Source of the DNA: Ramazzottius varieornatus
Lineage: Eukaryota; Animalia; Tardigrada
DNA length: 64,000 bases
Assembly (NCBI GenBank): GCA_001949185.1
Contig: BDGG01000001.1
Span: forward strand, 7,128,685-7,192,684
Direction: 5' to 3'
The notes beneath the pieces were generated by a model. It saw only the letters and a list, made by a program, of their open reading frames with translations. It had not been told where the DNA came from and did not search any database. Shown in pieces: positions 24,004-34,511 of the stretch (the stretch's first letter is position 1; every line of letters starts with the position of its first letter). Position numbers and translations under genes: made by a program.

Positions 24004-24194
24004 TTCTGACGCTAAGACGATTCTGGATAGATGTGCCTACAATGTGAGAAAGTCTCAGGAGCACGACGGACTCTGCCGAGACACTTCGACAGGTTCTCAA
24101 AAGATTCCCGAGAACATCGGTGTAGCAGTATGACATCACATTACATAACTGACATTACAATATTTCCGTTAGTGGCGCTAACTCTTCCAACCTT

Positions 24195-24890
24195 ATGCCG
24201 CTGTTCTCAGAATTCTCTTCACATGTTTGTCGGCATTCACGGACAAGCCACCAGGGTTCTTTTACATACAAGGGTGAAGGACACGCGTTGAAGATTCAAA
24301 TCGAGGAGTCGGGATTCCACACGGACTTTGAGATCAAGACCATCAACGTGGACGAGCTCGTGGAAGTTGACTTCCGGCACGGAGAGCGCTTTTGTCGCGT
24401 GATTTGCAAGGTACCTCAGTACTCTGTTATTCTCCTTAATTCGCGTATTTTGCTTATGTGTTGTTCATTTTCTAGTCTGATTGCGTCAAGGACACGTGCG
24501 GCCTTACAGAGTGTCCTCGTCTGGCTGTCGACTGCAATCACCATTAAAATGTTATGTTTAAACGGTATCAGGCTCAGGTACGTTACTTTTGATAACAACG
24601 CCGTGAAAAATCATTGTGATGCCGGAAGTGGGTGGGGATGTTGAATAACTGAAATGGATTCCTCGTAGTTATCGACAGTCGATGTTCCGCATTGATGGTC
24701 GAGGAGTGCTCGTAAAACAGTTCATGAAACGGACCCAAGAAAAAGTCCCTACGTTTATTGAATTCGCAGTACGTTGAGAGTTACCTGACAATTTTACTTC
24801 GTATCTTAACTGTGAATTGTACTGGCCGGTTTTTTGTAGTTTACACCACATGTCAACGTGGACGATCACGAGTATAGTCGTTCGATAGAT
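24195..24890 (+). pseudogene. Degraded partial tandem duplicate of RAD1 (exon 3 to last exon, introns retained)
   Basis: Clear nucleotide similarity to 21735-22800; frameshift near 24255; internal deletions corresponding to ~22088-22425 and ~45 bp of exon 6; no 5' exons. Confidence 0.9.
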
Positions 24891-25329
24891 TAAGGAGTTT
24901 CCTGTACTTTGCGGTATTGTAGTTATCGGTGTTCAGACCTGTTGGAAAACCACCCTGCATTGCCATAAGGGCCACATGTCGGTACTTCGGATCTTGTTGT
25001 TACTGCAGGGAAGTTCCGGAGCATTCTTGCGCTGGCCGTTCTCACCATGGACCGTCTAACGGTCCAGTTGGGCAAAGATACCGGGCGGCCAGTCCAAATT
25101 TTCACAAATCTTGTAATCCAATTCCTGTTGTGCCTGCTAACGAGGATAAGCGGGCGGCGGATAAGTGCATAAGTAAATATGCTCTCAAAATCTTTTAGTA
25201 TACACTTTTGAGGGGTATCAAAACAATAGGTACTGTTTTGAACTATAGTATAGGCCATAAAAGTACCCTACTGTTTTGAACCATACTGTTGTATCGATCA
25301 AAACTGAAGCATTCCAGTTTTGATCTATA

Positions 25330-25646
25330 CGAGGTAAAGGTTGTAAACTTAGCCACCCCATACTGGGTTTGTAAAGTTAGCACGGCTGAGGCGCCTATTG
25401 CTTGATTGACTATTTGATTGTCAGTCTTGGCTGTTTAACATGAGATTTGAACGTTCTTTTAATTGCGGATCTCTTGGATTCTCTGACTTCTCGTGTTGAC
25501 TGTGCCTATTACCATTCGACAGCTCATTATTTTATCTTTCGATCTATCCTTAAAAGTTTGGGATTGAGTAGTAGAGAACAGGTGAACTTAGACGGCTAAC
25601 TTTACAAACCCGGTATGGGGCGGCTAACTTTACAACCTTTCCCTCG
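25330..25646. mobile_element. Mariner-type MITE (317 bp), ~52-bp TIRs, TA TSD
   Basis: TA|cgaggtaaaggttgtaaacttagccaccccatactgggtttgtaaagttagc ... gctaactttacaaacccggtatggggcggctaactttacaacctttccctcg|TA. Confidence 0.85.
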
Positions 25647-25829
25647 TACTGTGACATTAGTCAAAAATGTACCATACTATTTTGCGTGGTACTTCTACTC
25701 CCGCCCATACTCCACAATCATGGGTGTCTGGTAGTGGTAGGCCTTTCCTCCCTGTACTAATTACTGGTAAACATTTGATCGAAGAGAGGAATGACTCGCT
25801 ACAAAAAAGGGATTAGCCGAGGGAAGTCA

Positions 25830-26490
25830 GAAATACTCACTTCCCAACGACCACTCTTGTCCTACTGGGGCTCGCGGGACAAAAAATCATATTCCCGGCT
25901 GAGAAGCGCATTCAATAAAGTGCAACGGCAGTTCTTCCGAAATATGGACAACGTTTTGATGTACTTTGGTGATGGTAATCTCGGTGAATGCATTCCCAAG
26001 AAAGATAAACCTGCCAGAAAATTAACTTTTGTCTTGGTTTACGAATCTGCTGTCTTCCGTAATTTGAGGGTCACTGGGACTATTCACCCAAATTTTGTAT
26101 GGACTCAAGGGATGATTATTCATTTCATCAAAAATATCGAGAAATTTCTGGACCTCCATACGTTGTGAGAAACCATTTTCGTTTCAACTGATGTGATTAA
26201 TTCCGGATAAGTATGCCGGTTTCCACCTCTGCAATTTATTTTTGTCATGTTCTTGACCGAAGCTTCAGATCGGTCGGCTTTTCAATACATTCTTGGTTTG
26301 GGTTCTACCTATCGAAATACTTTTCTTGCCACCAGTTTTGGCTGCGCGATGCACGAAGACAGAACGTTTTTCAAAATACAAAGGGGGTTCAATAAGTTTT
26401 AAAGCTGTGTTCACCAGAAATTCTGTAGTCGTTCGATCTTTGCAGCTTTTTCGTTTGGCTATAGAGTAACTTCTGGGCAACACGGCACAA
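25830..26490 (-). pseudogene. Degenerate Tc1/mariner (IS630-like) transposase remnant
   Basis: Broken frames read HTH-like ...AAK..ISIGRTQTKNVLK, then IFDE...KIWVNSP..., KVNFLAGLSFLG (cf. kvmvWagisxxG), KYIKTL; multiple stops and frameshifts. Confidence 0.4.
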
Positions 26491-27519
26491 TTCGAGTCTA
26501 GGCTGGGAAGTCATTCGTTGAAAAAATTTTGTAAAGTGAATAAAGAGAGGTTTTTTTAGGGTTTTTACGTTCTAGACGAAGTTATGTAGTTTCTTGCCCA
26601 CTGTACGTTTGAGTTCGACTTCAGCTCTGGATGAAAGAGGGATGTCCAGCGACTAGTTTAACCAGAGGGAAGTCAAGCCTGACTGCTGCCAAGACTCGAG
26701 AAAAATTTCAATTGTGCGCCAAGCGAAAGTGCGCCAGTGAAACGGGGAAATTCCACCCGGTGCGCTGCCGGATCACCAGCTGGATTTTGCGAACTTTTCT
26801 GTTTCCTCCACCGTGTATCCCTTACTGATAAAAGTAAGCTTTCCATCTGTATTCCCGTCATACTCTAGTTGCTTTTTGTCGAAGCGCTAAAAAATCATCT
26901 ATCGCAAATATTCGAAAAAAATGCTCTTCCACGATCGGCGCGGATAACGCGAGAATAACATTACGAAACGCGCGAGTTTACGAGGAAAATCGAAAAACGA
27001 TTTTTTGCATCTTTTGAAAAAATTATTTCTCCTCCTGCTCGAGTACCAGGTACCTCATCTTTTGAGGATAGTGATTAGAAGAGATGTTCTATCTTTTAAA
27101 AGGGTACAATTTCAGGTGGATTGTACCTTGAAACATTGAACCCCCTATGTAAAAAGAAGGGAAGTTTTCTGTCATCGCCTTTTCTCGGTGAAATTTTCTT
27201 CCCGGTCGGAGTACTATAATGGAGTGAAACCAACGTGACCGAAACAGCGAAGACACATCGTAGTATCAGACAGGGCTAGTCCTGTTTCAAAAACAATTAC
27301 ACGGAATTTGTCTTAGACGGAAATTTTTTGTGAAAATTGCGAATGGCCATCCGGTATGTTTGAGTCGGAAGTGAATGCCAAAAGATTTTCTATGTAGTGC
27401 CAAAGTCCATTAGCTATGCTTAAGCCCTGCTTAATAATGCACTGTGGTAATTCTATCAATAAAAACAACGTGCGATTGAGGAGATGAGAGCCAGAGCCAG
27501 GAGATGAGAGCCAAGATCG

Positions 27520-29527
27520 AGCTACTGGAGAAAGAAATCGGCGGTTGGCCTATCTTGAACAAAAACTGGGATGGTTGGATGTGTTAACCGCCCTGCTGCA
27601 AACCCATATGCACGGAGACGACGTCCTGTTTGGCACAGATGTTGGTCGAAACCTGGAGATCCCATCAGAAAGCTCGCTGTACATCGGCGAACCCGAGACG
27701 ATGGTCGACCATCAAAGACAGCCTTCAGGGCGATGCCGGCAAACCAGCGTGACTTCATTTCTTCTTGGAGACGCCCATGACACACGTAATGTCAGCGAAG
27801 TGTCTGACGAACAGATGGACATTATCGACTACAGCCGCTATCTTACTTTGTGACAAATGGGTGCACTGAAACAGCGGGATATGGCCACTTGCAAGAACAA
27901 GACAACACTGTGTGCGAACCAGAAGCACACCTTCATATGGTTAGCTTTCGTCAGAAACCTGACAGACTGTATTCGAGCCCTCTTTGCTGAAGTTGACATG
28001 GGCAATGTAATCCAGGACAACTCCACCGCGATAATTCGTTCGACTGCGTTCTTCACCGGTTGGAGAAGCAGTTGAAGGAGCTCGAAGAAATGGGTGGTGA
28101 GGGAAAGCGCCACCTAGCGAACTACATCGGATGGCGGGTGATCACCAGCCACATCAAACATTTCTCGCAGGACTACAGGGATGCTTTCGAGGAGTATCAG
28201 CAACGATTACAGGGACGGAAGACCAAGAAGCAAAAGACGGCGGCTGAACGGTGTGCGGAAGATCTCAGGTGGCTATGCCTTTGGCGATTGGGGCCATGTA
28301 TGTCCGAGATTTCATTCCAGCGGACTTAAAACCAGAAGCTTCCATGATGCGCCGACATCAATCATGGTGTCCATAACTTAGTACTGGAAGTGGCAAGCTG
28401 GATAGACATCATGACATTAAACACAGCTTTGGACAAGCTCTGTGGAATGCTCAACTTCGTAAATTATTCGTAAGGGTTGACCCAGAATATTAGTACGGTA
28501 AATGAACCTGGCAGCATTTCTTCAACAACCATTTAACGACTCCCAAGTACCCCAGTATATCACTTATAGTGCCTTTGCATATGGATTTTTCCTCGGCCTT
28601 GAAGTAACCCACGGCTTCGACGATGAGGGTTCGTCGTTCGATATGCAAGGCCTGATGCGCACATGGTGGTCGAACACAGCCAAGGAGCGGTACGATGAAA
28701 AGAAGGAAGGCTTTGTACTATAGAGCAGTACGGCAATTACTCAGTGGTACCTGGGAAGGTCAACGGTCAGCTCACTCTTGGTGAGAATATCGCGGACAAC
28801 AGAGGCCTGAAAGCTGTATGCCGAGGGTGCTTTAACCATTTCCAGGCGCGAGTGCAAGGCGATCCGGAGCCTTTACTATTGGGCATGACCAACATCAATG
28901 CCGAGCAGTTCTTCCTTTTCGCCGGCCAAGTGTGGTCCCTGTTTGGACGAGCCTCGGATCCATTATACTGACCATATAACATTTGGGATCAGTCCTGGTA
29001 TGCTACAGAGCATTTTGGGTGCATTTTGGGTTCAGTAAAGGCTCATGTTTGTGAGATATATATTTATGGGACATGAATACCACATAACGGTTCATGTATG
29101 GTTCACGTATGTGATATCATGTCCCATGAACATATATGTCACATATATGGACCTTTACTGAACCCAAAATGCACCCAAAATGCTCTGTAGTGAAACCAGG
29201 ACTGATCCCAAATGTTATATGGTTAGTATAATGGATCGGTGGCTCGTCCGGACAGGAGGTGTTCCGCCCACCGTCCCGAATCCTCAAGACGTCACGCACT
29301 TTCAGCAACCTATTGCATGTTGAGCGGTGGGCGGTGGCTAATCGGCCCAACCCTGCCCCCGTCCCGAATCCTCAAGGCTTAATCTCCTGACTGACGAACA
29401 CAGTCCCTCCGAGTTTCGCGTGATGGGTTCTTGTCCAACATGGATGGGGTTCGCCAAAGCCTACACAAACGCTCAGTGGGCATTGGGCAGCAGGGTGAAT
29501 CCCATGCACAAATATTCCATCTGGTAG
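27520..29527 (+). pseudogene. Neprilysin/ECE-like M13 metallopeptidase pseudogene, interrupted by two insertions
   Basis: LEKEIGGWPIL, HLANYIGWRV, EVTHGFDDEG, TLGENIADNRGLK, FFLFAGQVW|C, TDEHSPSEFRVMG, NP.HK.SIW* (stop 29525-29527); many frameshifts and stops. Confidence 0.9.
28937..29257. mobile_element. Foldback-type MITE (321 bp), almost entirely palindromic, 3-bp TSD GGT
   Basis: ~150-bp arms (cctg..ggacgagcc..gatccattatactgaccatataacatttgggatcagtcctgg... and its reverse complement); removing it restores the neprilysin GQVWCS codons. Confidence 0.85.
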
Positions 29528-30019
29528 ACTATTCTTCATGTTTTCAGTTCCCTTTGTTCTGCGAAACTCTTTGTAGGAACTCTGTTCGCACTTTCGTTCG
29601 GTTCTCATGTCTCTTTCTGCGATGGACCGAAGTCACTCTAGCAGAGGTAGAGCACTTGGGTAGGGCTTTGGAGGGTGAGAGCAGAATGACAGCAGTATCA
29701 TCTTACGTAGACAAGCTACATATCAGCATAGTGAAACAAAACAATGAGGCAAAGGAAAGGGTTTCAGTGTTGAGAATTTTTTCCCTCATTGTTTTAGTTT
29801 CAGTATGACAAGAGGAATCGCAATAGAATGGAGGATAACTAAGTTGGGTCAAGGCCGAAGCACAATTTCACCCACGTAGATACAAATGGTAGCTTGCACA
29901 CTCCATTTTTATCTTGCAGCTTCTTTGATCTGCTTACCACTCACTAACAGCCTCATGCATCTAGGTTAACATACACGGTTTAATTCTGTGATGAAACGCG
30001 TTTGCGTACAGTGCGTTGA

Positions 30020-32330
30020 AATTTTCTGAACGACGGGTGTGTTCCCATATTATTCGCAGTGAAGGACTCGAGTTGTGTGCGACCTCTAATTGACAGTTTC
30101 TCGATAGTAGGTATATATAACAGGGTTATCCTACGATATTTTTCCAGACGATGGCACCTCAAGAACAGCTATCGTACACTTCAGGCCGGAATGGCTGTTA
30201 TTCTCCAACCGTGTGTGGACTCAGAGAACTGTCAGATGGTCTTTTGCTGGAGGTAATTCAGCACGGGTCCTTTCATTCCAATTGTCGGATGCGCAGGTAA
30301 GTACCACTCAGCCACTCCAGTATTGGTGTACACCTTCTCGAAGTACTGCTGAGAAAGTAATATCCTGGCCACATCGACCTCCAGATTGAGCGATGCTGCT
30401 GCGCAGCTTGTGTGACTATTGTACACCCCGATGGGGCCAACTTGCTACCACTTGAAACGACGCACGTCAAAATTCGGTTTGCGTCATTTTCATCTATTCT
30501 CTCGCTCTTCATATACAAATTTTCAAAGTCTTTCGACTGAAATATAGCAAACTTACATAGATGGAGAAATAGTTCGGAAAAGTCGATCAGTATGACATCC
30601 GGTGGGGAAGACCTCTGTTCCCAATTGAAACGTCGTCTTTAAAATTCTGCGTTCGAGTATCAAGCCCTAATTTGATCTCAACGTACGTGGAACTATCCAA
30701 GTTGCCATGAAAAGTCAGAAAGCATCGCAGAAATGCCAAGCTAACTTGGCAAATGGATTAAAACTGTCAAATTCGACCATCTTGCCGGGGAACCCGCTCC
30801 TACGGCAAAAACCATATCTCTTGTCCCGAGCAGCAGATCCATGCTGTTCACTCCTTTACCTGTAGCCTGGTCCCTGTTATAATTAGGTTCAGCAGAGATA
30901 CCGCAAAACCTCACGCAGAACTGAAAAACAAATTTGGAAAAACGGTCTCAAGAAATGGGAAAGTTGTTGCATGTTTCTCTTTGCTCGCCCATTAGTCTCT
31001 TGTCGATCTTGACTTTATGCGAACTGGCTTCTGGCCGGTAATCTTCTCCTAAGTATCAAAAAAGTTGGTGAATCATGCAAAATTAGCTTCAAGATTCGAC
31101 GGTAACCCAGTCGCGAGCGCCTTGATTTTTTCGGTGGTAGCAAGTTGGCCCGAACGGGCTGTATTAGCTTGATCAAGCAGCTCGGTATTGCTGTATTCTG
31201 ACCCTAATTCGTATCTGTTTACAGGGTATCGGTCCGTTTTAACGAAACCGTCCGTTTATCGCTGAAGGATATTGCTTTTGCCATGAAGGATATTTGCCTC
31301 GTGTCAGGCGAGATGTACGAGCAATATTTGAAATCATTCGATCGACCAGGTGGCGACCAGATCAACAGTCTGCTAGTTTACGGTATTCCATACGGCCAGT
31401 CACGACAATGGGTCTTTCCGCTGCATTGAACACTGATGTTCTCTCAAATGAATATACATTTTAGGGAGCAGCAAAAGAGAGCGGTACCGCAGCCGAGGAT
31501 ATTTGGGTTCTCTGGCAGATGGAATTGGGTCGCGCTTCCCTAGAGTGGTCATTTGGGCGAACATGTGGATGGATGCGATATCAGTCGCCCACGAAGTTCG
31601 CCAGATGCCGCCACCAACCCGTATCGTACTTTATCGGATTCGTATAGCCAACATCGATTGGTCCTGCAAACCTCATGTCGTTCCCTGTCCGAGCCGCAAA
31701 ATTCCCTTCGTTTTGAATGTCAACGGTCCGGAAACTCTCCAGTACACGATACCTCCATTGGAAGGGACTGATTACTTTTCCGCTAAAAAGTCGGCCCATA
31801 GTCCGTATGAGGCGTCAGAGCTCGGCAAGGTAACGTACGACCGAAAAGTACAGTGATAATTTAGGACAATTTTTCGGTTCGCTGATGCAAGATTAACGAA
31901 GCGGAAGTTGGATAATCAGAGACCGGATCACCGTACTTTACGGAGTGGCAAATTCGTACAAATAACTACTTCATGCAAGTTCTTGCAGGAACTGATTCGC
32001 TTAGGACACAAGTACGCCAAACCATTTACACAAGACGAGCTGGAAGATCTAAGCACTTCTATGGATTTCTTCTTAAAAGACATGAAACTCAATGGTCAGC
32101 GACCACTTCCTGTCGTAATAGTCTTACGTGATTTGATATCAAAGTAAGTGAAGCTGCACCTGGCGTTCGCAAGGGTAAGCTGCTGTATTGTGCCTAAGAA
32201 CGAATTGATTTTAGATATGAGCCACATCTCGCGATATTCCAGGAAGCCAACCTACCGCACAAAGTCCAGGACTTGCAACTTTTGCAATCCTTGACTTTAC
32301 GCATCCTTGAGTCGTTGCTTTTCTAGGTTA
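30020..32330 (+). CDS. Possible uncharacterised multi-exon gene or gene remnant
   Basis: Open, splice-site-bounded segments ~30149-30296, 31224-31410, 31465-31829, 31989-32143, 32215-32326; no recognisable domain; start not established. Confidence 0.3.
30424..31161. mobile_element. Non-autonomous TA-targeting DNA transposon (738 bp), copy A
   Basis: TA|caccccgatggggccaacttgctaccac ... gtggtagcaagttggcccgaacgggctg|TA; internal similarity to 32479-33221 in opposite orientation. Confidence 0.8.
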
Positions 32331-32478
32331 AAATCTGCTGATACGAGTAACCTGACGATCCGTCATTTCGCAGTATGGAGAAGACAAGAAACTTAAGGGA
32401 ATAGAGTGCAGTGTGCAGGAATTAAAGCTCGTAATTTGCAAACTACAGCATTATTGAAGCATAATACTAACATATATA

Positions 32479-33221
32479 CACCCCGCCCAAGCCAACTTGC
32501 TACCACTAATTTTACCAAGGCTAGCTCGACTCGATTAGTTTTCCACTTCGAGATCAATTTCCCCGGTTTAGCGTTCTCTTTTCTGCCTCTCGAAAAATTA
32601 TTGGCCAAAAATCTGTTTACGGAAAGTCATGATCGACGTTAACCTCGGGGAGATGCTGAGTGAAAAACGCTTTCCACTCAGCATCTCATTCTTGGGTCCG
32701 TTTCGAAAAAATGTTTCTCAGTTTATCGATGGCATCCCGCGGTACAATTAACAAAAACAATTAACATAAACATTGAACTAAAGGAGAAGTGACTGGAACC
32801 GCAAATCAGCCATTCTGGCAAACTGTCAGGAAGTTTTTTGAAAACGAGTTTTCCCTGCAAAACGGTCAGATTCGACGGTTTTAAATCGTTTGTCAAATTC
32901 GCTTGGATTTTTTCTGGTCTTTCTCGATTCTTTTCGGCTATTAGAATAGTTATATGTTTATTTACATCAATGGCAGGATAAGAACTCAAGCATGGAATTT
33001 TGTAGACTGCGTTTGACCCCCTGGCGGTATGTCTTCCCCACCGGAAGTCATACTAGTCAAGTTTTTCAAACAGCTTGTCACCATAACTGAACGAATAACA
33101 GCTCAGTCGAAGCAGCTTGGAAAGTTGTAAGGAGATAGGGGAAACACAAACGAGAATGTAGCATTCTGATTTTTTTCCTCGGCAAAATCCCAGGTGGTAG
33201 CAAGTTGGCTTGGGCGGGGTG
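32479..33221. mobile_element. Non-autonomous TA-targeting DNA transposon (743 bp), copy B, perfect 28-bp TIRs
   Basis: TA|caccccgcccaagccaacttgctaccac ... gtggtagcaagttggcttgggcggggtg|TA. Confidence 0.88.
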
Positions 33222-33289
33222 TAACAGCCGGGCTAGAATAAATTCGTCTTTGTAGTACCGAGTTTCGAACAGTCGATTGAGTACAACAG

Positions 33290-33479
33290 GCACATCCTGA
33301 CAGTCCCGTAGTCTTTCCACTTTGGTTTTGGACTCTTCGTCCTCCATCTTCTGATAGATCATAGATGGCGACTGCATACCGGCAGTTGAAGTTGAGATCG
33401 TAGATGAGGACGGATGGTGAGACTGTGGAAGTGATGAGAGGCTTGATGAGTGGCTGATCTTTTGAACGCTTGTGTTCCC
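33290..33479 (-). pseudogene. Displaced degraded copy of part of an anosmin-like FN3 exon
   Basis: High nucleotide similarity to 35215-35420 (IYQKMEDE.SKTKVERLR), with indels. Confidence 0.85.
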
Positions 33480-34511
33480 ATCAAATATGTATAATTATAA
33501 TTGGAATTTCACGTTAGCGCGGAAATCAGCAGCCCAGACTATGTATTGTACAATACCTGTTTTGATATCAAGTCTTCTTTCCGACAGAACATGACGCAGG
33601 ATGAAGTGTGTCAACGTGACCCGGTCATTTGTGAGGAATGCAGGGCTCGCAACGTACCAATTGCAATGGTCAGTAGTGGCGGTTTCGAAAGTGGATCGGA
33701 CGTCGTGCTCGCCACTTCCATCCTCAACCTAAGGCGGCAGCGGCTGCTGGACACTGAAGTTCCTTCCGCTATCTGCGAGCCACCGGTACCTGTCCCTCTG
33801 GAACACGATACTCTTCCTGCGAATAGATCCACTGCGCCACGTGAGCGAGATATATGTCGTACGTCTTGAGGGAGGAAGGCCGGAAGCAAATAGCGCAGAT
33901 CGCTAAAATTCTTCCGCATATCGTGCAGTTGGATGGACTGAGCTATGTGGCTGCCAAAGATCTTCAGCTCAGAGTTGCCCAGTACTTGGATTGTAACACT
34001 TCTCTTTCTACTCTTGGACTGAGAGTGGGTCGTGCTCTTCCAGTCGCCTTTCCAAATGGTGGGTACGCCCAGCAAAAGTGCACCAGACGAGCATGCGACA
34101 AGAAGCAGCCAAATGGTTGTAGGGGTCTTCGTTTTGTATAAGCTCTTGCTCTGGTGGTTTTTATACAGTTCTTCGAAGGCTTGCCAGTATACCGAAACTT
34201 ATTTTCTCGAAGCCTGTTTTCTCATCGAGTTCTTTGGCTGTGCATGTCAACTTTATCTTCCAAGACGAAGGAACCTACGTATACGCGACATTGGTGTTGC
34301 GATGTCAACTAACTGGGGTGCGCCCTCCATTCGGGAGGTGAACTAACTACTGTATTTAGTGCTTTCTGCTGTGGTGCGAGCGTATGCAGCTTCGGGGAAC
34401 CTCCAAACCGGTAGTTTTGTAACCTGGCTGCATATTTGATATATTCCCACTGATTAACGCCGATAGCTGTACTTGTTGTCAGAACGAGGGATCCGGAAAG
34501 AAAGACATGGG

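Noticed and set aside
30232-30426. QYFEKVY...EWY as a MULE transposase fragment
   Set aside because: No TNN.E motif follows, and the plus-strand exon reading is at least as plausible
32723-32989. Similar short peptides at 30655+ and 32723-32989, and YARIMSFTSY in ORFs 57566 and 57828
   Set aside because: Explained by repeat or TIR nucleotide homology, not by coding function
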